Shown here piece by piece: positions 1 to 10,469 of a stretch of DNA of 64,000 nt. The position numbers were made by a program, and so were the translations under genes. The stretch's first letter is position 1. Each line of letters begins with the position of its first letter. The notes under the pieces are model-generated. The model made no database searches. It worked only from the letters and a program-made list of their open reading frames with translations, and had not been told where the DNA came from. The stretch spans positions 1 through 64,000 of the forward strand of contig CAVNZM010000003.1 of NCBI GenBank assembly GCA_963693365.1, written 5' to 3'. The stretch comes from Amoebidium appalachense (Eukaryota > Protista > Ichthyosporea).

Positions 1-668
1 TTTGGTGGTGTTGTCAGGTGCAATGGGAAGGAAGTGTGGGAAGGAGGAGAACGAATAAGGGGGAAGAGGATCGCATGTGATTTGACAGTCTCCGTTCCAA
101 AATCAGCACCCGAAAAACAAATAATTTCAGATTCAAACGCTTCAGTAACGCTTCGGAAACTTTCAAGTGGTCCAGGAGGGTGGAGTTTGAAAGGGACATC
201 AAGCAATTCAGAAGCTGACGAAAATAGGTTTGGTGGTGTTGTCAGGTGCCACAATGGGAAGGAAGTGTGGGAAGGAGGAGAACGAATAAGGGGGAAGAGG
301 ATCGCATGTGATTTGACAGTCTCCGTTCCAAAATCAGCACCCGAAAAACAAATAATTTCAGATTCAAACGCTTCAGTAACGCTTCGGAAACTTTCACGTG
401 TTGAAAACAAATCTGCTTGGCACACAGATGTGGTGGTTTTGAATTTACCTTCGAGCCGTAGTGTGATGACAGCCGGTCCGTTGTCCTCTGTAGTTACGTT
501 TGCGTATGCGCGAACTGGGAGCTGTGCAGTTTCTGCTTCCTGGTGTTCATGTTGGCTAAGCACGGCCCCTAAAAGGAAAGCGAGGAGAAGCGTGAGCTGG
601 GTACGCATGTTGGTGGGTGGGCGAGGAATAAGGGCCAAGGTCAGCGTGTAGATGGGTAGAGCCACCAT
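1..668 (-). CDS. 5' part of a putative secreted protein with ~77-aa tandem repeats (runs off window start)
   Basis: Manual translation: open frame from ATG 668 (or in-frame ATG 608) to base 1. MRTQLTLLLAFLLGAVLS resembles a signal peptide. The 231-nt unit (ESFRSVTEAFESEIICFSGADFGTETVKSHAILFPLIRSPP...) is repeated with a frame-preserving 3-nt indel. Absent from the ORF track because its stop lies outside the window. Confidence 0.6.
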   Translation of the reverse strand, partial: MVALPIYTLTLALIPRPPTNMRTQLTLLLAFLLGAVLSQHEHQEAETAQLPVRAYANVTTEDNGPAVITLRLEGKFKTTTSVCQADLFSTRESFRSVTEAFESEIICFSGADFGTETVKSHAILFPLIRSPPSHTSFPLWHLTTPPNLFSSASELLDVPFKLHPPGPLESFRSVTEAFESEIICFSGADFGTETVKSHAILFPLIRSPPSHTSFPLHLTTPP

Positions 669-869
669 GCAATTGCGATGTCGTGGGAAGCCTGGGCTAG
701 ATTTCAAGGTGGCCACGATGGTTGCTTGGTGTCTAAGTCTTGTTTTGTGCTGTCACGGTCATGACAAGTTGCAGCATCTGCACTTTCCTCCTTGACGAGT
801 TGTGACCCTGTTACCTCAGTCACTTACGGTGGAGTCCCTTTTCAGCTTTTCAAATGGCACTGCATGCAG

Positions 870-1020
870 CCACAGATGTACGGGGTTTACGCTGTTTACT
901 CGAGCCTCAAAGAGAAACCAGTCTCAGGTATGGGGGGGTGTTTGCCCGAACTATCCCCTCAGCGGTATATCATGATCACGTACATAGATGTCGGGTGATG
1001 ACTATATATCAGGGTTTACT
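870..1020 (+). repeat. Dispersed ~145-bp repeat R1, copy 1
   Basis: GGGGTTTACGCTGTTTAC...CCAGTCTCAGGTATGGGGGG...CCCCTCAGCGGTATATCATGATCAC...ATATCAGGGTTT recurs at ~52240-52385 (+) and partially at ~62030-62125 (-). Confidence 0.85.
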
Positions 1021-1254
1021 TATGTACCAGGCTGTGAAATTAGGGGATTAGGGCCCGAAAATTGCCCCTGAAAGTCAGAATATTGTCCCTAACTTTTTGA
1101 GGTTAGGTCCATCAATTTTTGAAAACTGGCCCTAACAGTGGTCAAAAAATAAGAAAATACACCCAAAAAACGGTTGTTGACTCTATTAGGGCCAACCAGG
1201 CTGGTGGAAAGTTGCCAAAATGGCACCAGCCAAAAACAATTTTCCCTCCAGCTA

Positions 1255-1420
1255 TCTGCTACACTAGCTGGCAATGTGAACACTTTAGACTTTTTGTTGA
1301 ATTCTGTTGGTCGTCACATTAAGTATTTATATGATTTTCACACAGTGTTCAGGTATCTCAGTATGCACTTGTTACTGGATAATTCGTGAAGTTTTTATTG
1401 TCTTCTCAGTATGCCGTGCA
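1255..1420 (+). repeat. Dispersed ~165-bp repeat R2, copy 1
   Basis: TCTGCTACACT...TCTTCTCAGTATGCCGTGCA has a near-identical reverse-complement copy at ~52466-52632. Confidence 0.85.
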
Positions 1421-3130
1421 GGGGTTTACACACTTTTTATTGCGTGGACACTGGTTGAGGGGTCCTGGTAGGTAGGATGCCTGTAACGTAAATTGGTATT
1501 GCATTTCCATGCGGGTGATGAACCGAATAAGTTTGGCCATCACGGGGTGGGGGGAAGACCGGGAGTGCAGGTCAGACACAGCACCCGTGTTGTCACATAA
1601 AATACGGACATGGTGGGTGGACCAGGAGGGGGCCCAGAGGGCCACGGCGGCTGCGATGGCCAGGAGTTCGATGACGGAAGAACCGAGTTTACCCTCATGA
1701 GCATAGAGGGCTTGGGTGGAGGGGGACCAGGGCATGAAGAACCATTGGTCGAGCCAGTGGCCACCTAGACCCACCGATCCGGCAGCATCAGTGGCCAGGG
1801 TGGTGTATGTGGGGGGTGTGATGAGGTGCACCCCATTCCATGATGTGAGGAACTGGTGCCATTCGGCTATGTCGGCCCGGGCGGCAGCAGTCAGTCGTAT
1901 GTGGTGGTGGCCGGCAAGGTGTGGGTGGGTCCGGAGAAGGGCCCATAGGCGCTGGGAGAAGGCCCTCCCGGGGGGAACCAGCTGGGCACACCAGGTGAGT
2001 TTGCCGAGGAGGGACTGGAGGTCCCGAATGGTGATGGTGGGCTTTGGGTGGGAAGTGAGGTCGAGTAGGTCCGAGAGCTTGGAAGCCGGGATTCGTGCCT
2101 CCATGGCGATGGAGTCGAATTCGATACCGATGAAGACGACACGGGTAGCCGGGCCCTGCATCTTGTCTTCGGAGATGGCAATGTGCAGCTCTCGGCAGAG
2201 TTGCAGGAAGGTGGATAGGTGGCACTGCTCTTGTGTGGGGGCGACTATAATCCAGTCGTCTACGTAGTGGCGGATGAGGGTAATACCGTGCTGGTGTGCC
2301 AGCCACTGTAGGGTGGCCGCGATCCGTTCCCAGATGGCTGGGCTAGATTTCAGGCCGAAGGGCAGTCTGGTTTCAACGTAAAAATGCCCTTGCCATTTGA
2401 ATGCCATTAAGTGGTGGTCTTCCGGTCGGATGGGCATGTGCCGGAAGGCAGCCTGCACATCTGCCACGGCCATGTAGCAGCCGGGGCCTGCGTCGAGAAT
2501 GAGTTGGGTGACATCCCGGGCGCGAATGTACTGAAGTTCGTCGGGGTAGGTGATGCTGTCATTGACACTGCTACCCCGGGGCCAGGAGAGGTGGTGGATT
2601 CGACGGTACTTGGGGGGGTTCCCTTTCTTGGTAACGGCGCCAATGGGGGAGGAGCGGTGGACCGGAAATTCGTCAAAGAATTGGGCCGGGGAGAGGGGGC
2701 CGCGCAGGTGGCCGAGGGCGACTTCTTTGGCAATATCCACCGTGATAGCGGCAGCTGCCTCCGGGGTGGTGGGTAGGTTGGGGCCCACCCGAGAGGTGGA
2801 GGGGCCGCGATAGCCGATGTCGACGCCGAATTCGACATCGTGGAGGAGTTGTGTGGCGAATGGTTGGTCCGGGTAGGAGGCCAGCAGTTCCCGGAGGCGG
2901 GAGGTGTCAATGTGGTGCTGGGGCAGCGGGCGGGCCTCCGGGTCTGAGCCTCGGAGGAAGGGGGTGGTTAGCAAGGGTGGTGTACCCTTGGGGAGATCCC
3001 CGCAGCGGGGGGGGGGGGGGGGGGGGGGGGGGCAGCAGGGCCCCGGGGGGTTAGAGTAGGGCAGCTGGGCCCAAGTGAGGGTGGGCAGGGAGGGCAGCGG
3101 GGCCCTGTGCAGGGGAATGTGCCCGAGCAC
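1406..3130 (-). CDS. DIRS-type reverse transcriptase/RNase H, C-terminally truncated
   Basis: Motifs SPIGAVTKK, YRRIHHLSWP, ADVQAAFRHMPI, LPFGLKSSP, YVDDW, FIGIEFDS, LQSLLGKL. RNase H: TDAA...IELLAI...CDN...YLPGPLN, broken off before the last conserved Asp; the final ~15 codons come from unrelated flanking DNA. Confidence 0.9.
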   Translation of the reverse strand: MLGHIPLHRAPLPSLPTLTWAQLPYSNPPGPCCPPPPPPPPRCGDLPKGTPPLLTTPFLRGSDPEARPLPQHHIDTSRLRELLASYPDQPFATQLLHDVEFGVDIGYRGPSTSRVGPNLPTTPEAAAAITVDIAKEVALGHLRGPLSPAQFFDEFPVHRSSPIGAVTKKGNPPKYRRIHHLSWPRGSSVNDSITYPDELQYIRARDVTQLILDAGPGCYMAVADVQAAFRHMPIRPEDHHLMAFKWQGHFYVETRLPFGLKSSPAIWERIAATLQWLAHQHGITLIRHYVDDWIIVAPTQEQCHLSTFLQLCRELHIAISEDKMQGPATRVVFIGIEFDSIAMEARIPASKLSDLLDLTSHPKPTITIRDLQSLLGKLTWCAQLVPPGRAFSQRLWALLRTHPHLAGHHHIRLTAAARADIAEWHQFLTSWNGVHLITPPTYTTLATDAAGSVGLGGHWLDQWFFMPWSPSTQALYAHEGKLGSSVIELLAIAAAVALWAPSWSTHHVRILCDNTGAVSDLHSRSSPHPVMAKLIRFITRMEMQYQFTLQASYLPGPLNQCPRNKKCVNPCTAY

Positions 3131-3429
3131 GCGGGGTGTGGGCGGACACAGAGGTAGAAGAAGGGGGGGGGAGGGAGTGCTAGGTGAGTGTAAGGGGGGG
3201 GGGGGGCAGGCTCGTGGGATGGGGGGGGGAGTAAAATTATGTGCAGTGGCCAGAATAAACGTCTTTGTGTAGGGACATTTATTCTTGACGCGCGCGGGCG
3301 CCGTAGTTGGCCTGCGAAATTTTGTACTCAGCCCTATTGGCCCGTTCTCCCGAGCTCCGTTTCCCTGTACTCGTGTGTCCTAGCTCCTAACCCCTATGTT
3401 CTAGCGGTGTGTGTGGGTGTGCGCGAAGA

Positions 3430-4600
3430 CTAGGCATTGTGCTTGCAGTCTTTGCGGGGGTGTGTGCCAGAGCAGAGCGGGCACACGTGGGAGAAGGGGC
3501 AGGGCTGCTTAGCGCAGGACCGACCGTTAATGTGGAAATTCCTGCAGTGCGTCGCGGGTAGATCCACGGGTCGGGCCGGTTTTGCCGGGCCGGGTTGCGG
3601 GCCAGGGCGGTTAGGGGTTTGACCCCCGCCGGGCTTGTGGGGCGGCTTAAAGCCGTCAAGACCACAGCCGGGCTTGGGGTACATGGGGCAGGCTGCGCTG
3701 GGGTGGTCGGGGAAGCCACAGCGCTGACATGCGTCCGGGATGAGCAGAGTGGGTGGCAGGAGGAGATCCTGGTGGAGTTGGGCGAGCAGGTTGGGACACT
3801 CGATCGGAGCCCGACCCTGCTGGTGGGCAACGGTGCGGGCGTATACGTCATAGTTGTGGATCTGGGCCCACGGGTATCGGGTGCTGAGGCGAGTGATGTG
3901 CTGAGTCCAAAGTACGTCTTTGTCCGTGGGGAGGCCGAGGTGGTGCTTGGCGGCCATGTAATGGGTCCAAGCTTGGATCCAAATGACGAGTGAACGCAGG
4001 GGAACGGGTTTGTCTTGGCGAAAAGTCTCGATGCTGCCGTCGTCGGCCATGCGCAGATGCTGACCTTTCTTGGATGGGGCCAGGAGGGCGGCGGGGGTGA
4101 ACTTATACAGGTCGACGAAACGATTGGCGCGCAAATCTGCCAGCACATCCGCGGGGGGAAGCGGGGAGTGTGCCCGGCTGAATGTCGCCAGTGTTCTCAC
4201 CTGTGATGGGGGGCGCGGGCAGGGCAGGTAGGTCTAGGTCAGGAATGAGATGCAGCCCCGGGGAAACCTCCCCGGGTGTGGAAGGCGCGGCGGGGGGCGC
4301 GGGAGGGTCGCGGTTGGTGAGAGCAGCCAGGACGCCAGCCATCTGGGTGCTGATGGCGGTGAGGGCGGCCAGGACGGCGTCTTGAGAAGTCATCTGCGGG
4401 GACGGCGGGGCCTGAGGGGGGACTTCAGGAGTGGAGGGGAGAGTAGCCGGCGGGTCCGGGTCCGTGGTGGTATGGGCCGCTGGAGGCGCGTCAGTGTCCG
4501 CGGGAGCGTTGGTCAGCCTGTGGCGGAGGTCGCTGCGGGTCAGGCGCTTAGGTGCCGCGGCAGGGGCGGCGGCTGAGGCCTGGCGCTTTTTCGGCGGCAT
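3430..4600 (-). CDS. DIRS gag-like ORF1 in two frames (4600-4201 and 4136-3430, joined by a candidate 64-nt intron or a frameshift)
   Basis: MPPKKRQ Pro/Ala-rich N-terminus; core ...YPWAQIHNYDVYAR...; CQRCGFPDHPSAAC knuckle; terminal CRNFHINGRSCAKQPCPFSHVCPLCSGTHPRKDC. Confidence 0.8.
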
Positions 4601-4714
4601 GCTGACCGGCGTAGGGAAAGATAGGGAGAATGAAAAAGGAATATATAGCTGTAAGGCTGTGGATGCTAAACACAGAAGATGTGTTTGTAGCTTGCTGATC
4701 TGCTAAAAACTGTC

Positions 4715-4830
4715 GTGCTTATATACCTAAGCCTACCGATCTGAGCCAATCAAAAATCGATCTAGTGATATGTGAAATCTGATCCGAGCCAATCATAACT
4801 CGGTCTAGTGATCTGTGGTATCTGATGTTT
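4715..4830 (-). promoter_or_regulatory. Putative Pol II promoter of the DIRS element
   Basis: TATATAAG (minus strand, ~4718-4725) about 120 nt upstream of the gag ATG, preceded by two ~44-bp imperfect tandem units each containing CCAATC. Confidence 0.45.
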
Positions 4831-4951
4831 TGACTGGCTAATAGGTGCCCGTGTGCGGGCAGCCAACCGCTAACTGCTAAAACACGAAATGAAGCCTACA
4901 TGGTTATGTTGGTACCGAACACCCATCCTACGTGTTTACCCAGAAAAATAT

Positions 4952-6061
4952 TTATGTCAATAATTTCCACAAATAAAACCTAAACAGTTCCGAGAAATAC
5001 TTATCAGAGTCTATGAGGGGGTCTCCAGTGGTATCACCAATAATACGAGCAGGGGGGCCAAATCGATTCATACTAGCAAGCCGGCGCAAGCTTTCCTTTT
5101 GAGACAGGGGTTCACCTAGTCTAGCGGGAGTGGTGTTTGGTAACAAGAGAGCATCGGGATATTCCTTCCTACCACCGCCAGCATAATCACCGAGATCTAT
5201 CAAATCATCAACAATAAAGTTAGTGCATGTATCTAGTACGAGATGTGAATCTGGCCTGGCTTGTGCAGATTCTAATAGGCGCATATATATAGGGTGTCTC
5301 GTAGCATAGCATACACATACATCAACTCTACCCCACTGTGACTTAACTTAAAGCTGGGATAGACGGAGGCGAAAGGTGGGAGGAGGAGGGGGGAGCAGAT
5401 CAAGGGAGATCTTAGGTAGGAAAAGGATAGGAGAGTGGTCAGATGACCTAGAGAGGTTAGGAGGGAGAGAGAGTTTTGACATGGTTGATGGCCAAAAGGC
5501 CACTCCCCAGTCGGTGTTGTGGGCATGGGATATTTGAGGGAACCGCAAAGTGTGACTTTGGACATACCTTGCTAAAGGGATAGCACGCTCCGGGGGCTTA
5601 GATGGGTACCCGACACTCACTTGCAGTGTGTCTGTGTGGTGGAGTCGCGTGTTAAAATCACCTAAAATAACAGTGGACATTGGTAACTGTGACAACTCGT
5701 GAGTCAATTCGACAACCGACATAGATGGTGGGTAATATACAAAAGTAAAAACATTAGAAAGAAACTCTATAGAAACCGAGAATTCCGTTTTTGCTACCGG
5801 TTTGCACTTCACTCTCACGTGTGGTGCGGCAAGTACAATAATGCCTCGGTTTTTCGCGTAACCGGGGTGTGTGGATGTGTCGACCAATGTAGAGTTGAAT
5901 TTGTGGTGGTTTTTAAACTGTGTTTCGCAAATCACTGTAAACGTGTGGTTGTTTGTCTGTTGTTGTATGTAGCTGATTTTATCGTCGAGTGTCCCGGGGG
6001 GGAGGCCCTTTTGGGGGCCCAGTGTCCGAGCATTCCAGAAGAAGAAGGATAAATTAGGCAT
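4952..6061 (-). pseudogene. LINE ORF2 fragment: AP-endonuclease domain plus linker, frameshifted
   Basis: MPNLSFFFWNARTL, ICETQ, VYYPPS, VILGDFN and SDHSPI motifs; stop near 5348; continues in another frame to 4952. Confidence 0.85.
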
Positions 6062-7244
6062 CGGTTTGGTCCGACACCTGTGGGGTTGGTTCCCACTTGT
6101 CGCTTACGGGGTCGTATGCACGACCTTCCGCCAGCGCGAACAGTTCGCAGAAGAGCTCGATTTCCATCTCGCATCGGCGTTTGCGCTCGAGCAGTTTCTC
6201 ACCAGAAAACATTGGTTCCTTCGTGTCCGTGTCTATCACGCTCGTAGCATCGTTTTCCAACTTTGCGAGGAACTCTTTTGCCTTGCTGATGCGTACACGA
6301 CAATGTGTGGCGCACGCATTCTTAGCAGACACTTTACGTCCTTTGTCTGCTTTCTGAATGTTTTCCGGCGCGCATGGGTCGTAGCTTGGGAGGTGGGTCA
6401 CGGTGAAGAAGCTACCACACCCCTTTGTCGCGTCACGGATGAACGCACGGTTATAGTCGCCCCGTACTGCTACTTCCAGCACATCGTATCCAATGAAGGA
6501 CAGACAAAGGATGCGAGAGCACCGGAAGCCGAGAGCCTTGAAGATGGACCACATGGCCCTGTGTGGGCGTCTGCCGTGCTTGACTTTGAAATACACCCTC
6601 TCGTATTTGGGTGGGATGTTGATGTTACCGTTTGCTTGGGTGTTCCCCTTAGCCGGCGGTTTGGGAGGGGAGTTGCGGCGGTACTCGTTGCCTGCAAGAA
6701 TGCTGGCATATGTTTCCTTGGCAATTTGGCGGAGCTCGGGTGTTTTACGAGAGTTCGCATATTCTAGGAACTCTGCCGGGAGCTATGCTTCCGGTTCTGT
6801 GTTGTTTTGTGTTGGGGTGGAAATGTCTCCGTCGCGAGATGTTTGCTCATGAGTTTTGGGGTTTTGCGATCCACTAATGTTTAGCTGGGCTGTGAGTGAA
6901 TCAATGGTGAGCTTGAGTTGGGTATTTTCTGTTTGGAGTTTTTCTATCATGTTCTTGAGTGGTAACAGCTCATTTAGCTGTTTCTTAACGAGGGCAAGTT
7001 CTGCCAGTACTGTATCAACCGAAAGTTTCGGCATGGTTGTTATTGTGTTTTTACGGAGTGGTGTGGTGTTATTCTGAATGGGTAGTGTATTGTAAATAGG
7101 TGTTGCGCTTAGTCTAAGGCGATGTTTTTCTGGTTGTGCATCTGTGGTAGGTGTATCTGCTGGACGTTTTAATGGTCGCACATGTGTGATGGGTGTAGAT
7201 GGAACTTTGAAAGAGGTTCTGAAACGATTATAGGCATGTGCCAT
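6054..7244 (-). pseudogene. LINE ORF1 with one in-frame premature TAG (6783-6785)
   Basis: ORFs 7244-6783 and 6596-6054 are in the same frame. Coiled coil (LAELALVKKQLNELL...LTAQL) then ALGFRCSRILCLSFIGYDVLEV; overlaps the ORF2 start by 8 nt. Confidence 0.7.
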
Positions 7245-7350
7245 GACATGGATGGGGGTGTTCCCCGGCCCTTAGGGCCACGGATGGCCTGGTTTAGGGG
7301 TGGATGCGCGAAGGATAGTATTTATTAGCAGATAATAAAAAGCGACATTT

Positions 7351-7458
7351 GAATCGATGTGTGCGACTGAATCGATGTGTGCGACTGAATCGATGTGTGC
7401 GACTGAATCGATGTGTGCGACTGAATCGATGTGTGCGACTGAATCGATGTGTGCGACT
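7351..7458. repeat. 18-bp tandem repeat (GAATCGATGTGTGCGACT) x6, upstream of LINE ORF1
   Basis: Six perfect units seen directly. Confidence 0.95.
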
Positions 7459-7741
7459 GACACCAGCGGGCAAAACCGTAAGTGTTTCCTATATCTTCCG
7501 ATAACCTGAGATCGTCGCGAGCCACCGCGGCGGCAACCGCAAGATAATCCCCGATAAAAATCGAAACCAGCCAATCACGAATTTTGCCTACTAACCATGG
7601 GGTAATCGCGGATCGGCTTTCGGGCCAGAATCTGCAGATTATCGGGGCTAAATGAGCCCAAAACCGCTACGATTATCTGCAGATTCGGGGGTTAGGTTTC
7701 CGCAGAGGTCAGCGAGGAAGAAGAGTTGGGCAGGACTGGGG

Positions 7742-9037
7742 ATGAACGCCATGATAGCGAGGCTGATAGTGCCAGAGAAATCGACACTCCCAAAAAGCGG
7801 CCTAGAAAGATTTACCCCCTCCCCCCCCCTCCCCCCCCCCCCACCCACCCACTGCAGTGCCCCCCCCCCCCTCCCCCTCCCCCTCCCCCTCCCCCTCCCC
7901 ACCCCCCCCCCCCCACAAAAAAAAAAAAAAAAAAAAAACAATAAAACAGCACTCTTCCACTGGTGGATGTGATTATCTTTGTTTTTACTAGATGGGCTGT
8001 TGTAACATTGCATCAAGTGTTAAGCAATAAAGAAGGGGGGGAAAAAAATTATTCCGTGTTAGTGCATTAGATGGTCTCTAATAGAGTCCCCCTCCCAGGA
8101 CACGGCTTCGATAATGGATAAGGTCAAGAAGGCAAAGATTTTGTCGTCCACCGTGTTCGACAAACATGAAGACAAGTCTTCTGCATACGCAATGGTTAAC
8201 CCCCCCCTCCCCCCCCCCCCCTTCCCTTCCAAAAGAAACCCTAAAAAAGAAAAAACGTTGATCACACTCACAAACTCGAACCCCCCACAAACCCACATGC
8301 ACATATTTTGTCATTGGACAAGTTGTATCAAGCAAATGAATGATACAAGGGCACGAGAGAATGAATGACTCGGATACAAGGGCACGAGAGAGTGAATGGA
8401 GAAGTTAGGGCTAAGAGGAGAGGGATAGAGAGAGTGTGTTAGAAGGAAGAGAGGGTTGGGAAGAGAGGGTTGGGAAGTCTTGAGGGTTGGGAAGAGAGGG
8501 TTGGGAAGTCTTGAGGGTTGGGAAGAGAGTGTTGGGAAGGTAGGGTTAGGAAGGTAGGGTTAGGAAGAGAGGGTTGGGGATAGACGAGAAAGTTTCTGTT
8601 TCTGCTTCTGTTTTTGTTTTTCAAGTTGTGGAACGAAAGAGGGGGGTGGGGGTGGGGGGGTGGGGGTTTGGGGGAGTGGGGGGGGGGGGGTGGGTGGGGG
8701 GGGGGGGGGGGGGGGGGGGGGACGGACGGACTGTTAAGTAAGCAGCATCGAGTTTCTTTCATCTAACCCCATTCCCTTCCCATCTCCAGATCCAAATCTG
8801 CCACCACCTCCCAAGGCCACAGATGGCCGGGCGGCACGATCAGCGACTCTGAGGACAGTGATGACAATGAACGTACTCCGGACAAGAAGCACAACGACGT
8901 GCAGACCCGACCCAAGGAAACGTCGGAACAAGTTAAAGGTGAGCCTGTTATACAGAAATTCGTAGAAGCTGTCACATCACAGAGTGATGTGAGTAGATTT
9001 ACTCGTCTCAGGGTCTCGTATCATAACATTTTCAATT

Positions 9038-9074
<37 letters not shown>

Positions 9075-10469
9075 CGTCTTTTGGGAGTTGAGCTAGGGAA
9101 AACTATAAACCATTCCCTTATTCCCCTCTAATACATGTAGATATAAAGGACGTCTGCCCAAAGATATGACTGGCAACTTACACAAACATCCAATCAATAG
9201 GTATCGTATCATTGATGCCGGCGCTTTCTTTTGATAACTTAAAGTTTGGTTGCCTGCCTCAATTTATAACTACTTACCATCACCTTTGCCACAGTGAACC
9301 CCCAACCCCACGACAGCTTACCTGACACCCAGTCTCATTCACCTGTGCCTGTCACCCAGTCTCCAACACCCATGGAGTCTGCACCGTACCCTGAGGAACA
9401 CAAAGAAAATGGGGATGCCGGGGAAACGATGCACAATGTAGGTGAGCGCACTCAGTCACACACATGCATATGCACACACACACATGCACACATGCTCTCA
9501 CCCCATATTATACCAACCCTTGAACACATAAACATGCACCACATTGGACACACAAGGACAGAATCACACACGGAAGCTCGCACAAACATGCGCGTACACG
9601 CGAAGCTGCACAACGCATTGATAGATTGTTAAATTCTTACAGATTGTATAACATACTTCTATTAAATTGAAAAGGCACCGAAGAAAACGGACACGGTCCC
9701 CCCCCCAGTGGTTCCTCCCCCTAAACGGTTCAGTGATATCGACATGGGCTCACTCAGCCCCGACGATATCAGTCTTGAGTACATGCGGGCAGCATTTCGT
9801 GGCTCAGATCGATACCCCGAGATAATGCAGCTTCTGCGAGATGTCGATGCGGCGGAAAGGGTTATTACGTGGTCGGTTATGTTTTCTCTTCTGAAAAATT
9901 TGATTATTTAGAGAACGAACTGAAATCTTCTGATCGAAAATCAAAGGCGTACCGATACGGCACCTATACCAAAAATTGGTCAAAAACACGCGACGCGACA
10001 TGGTGAAAAGGATGCTACGTGCTATCAACGAACCATGCATTGCCTTACGCCTTGACAACTTGTTGTCCACATACAGATTGTATAACTCAATTCGCCACAT
10101 TGAAAAGCACGAGTCTTTATATCGCAGGACTGGAAGAATGCGACCGGAAGATGAATGGTTTTACGGATGGTGAAAAGGATATTCTAGGAATTTTTTTTGA
10201 CTTTTGTTGAAAATAAGTCTGCTAACAATCTATCGCACACACACACACACACACGCACACGCACACGCACACGCACACGCACACGCACACACATGCACAC
10301 GCACACACACGCACACCCACGCACACACACAAACATAGGTCAAGAACATGGTGTCCGAGAACCTGATATTATTCAGGAAAGCACTCAACACCATGCAACC
10401 CACCGTGTAGACGCTGAGTATGATGCCGACAGCCCACCCCCACCTTTGCCGCTTAGTATGTTTTTCTAG
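7742..10469 (+). CDS. Putative spliced gene of unknown function (acidic/Pro-rich), possibly degenerate
   Basis: AG/GT-bounded coding-like blocks at ~8099-8194, ~8790-8988, ~9295-9441, ~9676-9870, ~9912-10169 and from ~10339, separated by poly-C/(CA)n spacers. Frames at the 3' end are ambiguous. Confidence 0.35.
8440..8580. repeat. Degenerate GA-rich minisatellite (GAAGAGAGGGTTGG / GAAGGTAGGGTTAG units)
   Basis: About ten 13-15-bp units seen directly. Confidence 0.8.

Larger units (their letters stand above)
1455..4948 (-). mobile_element. DIRS/Ngaro-type (tyrosine-recombinase class) retrotransposon, 3'-truncated; gag plus RT/RNase H, no YR gene in the window
   Basis: Gag ends in a Cys/His cluster; RT and RNase H motifs are of DIRS type; a promoter-like segment lies upstream of gag. 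Outer boundaries approximate. Confidence 0.85.
4952..7470 (-). mobile_element. Degenerate non-LTR retrotransposon (APE-type LINE), 5' half; RT domain missing
   Basis: ORF1 followed by an overlapping ORF2 endonuclease; coding-like sequence ends (...KYFSELF) where the DIRS element begins. Confidence 0.85.

Noticed and set aside
34-651. + strand 205-aa ORF
   Set aside because: Likely shadow of the minus-strand signal-peptide ORF.
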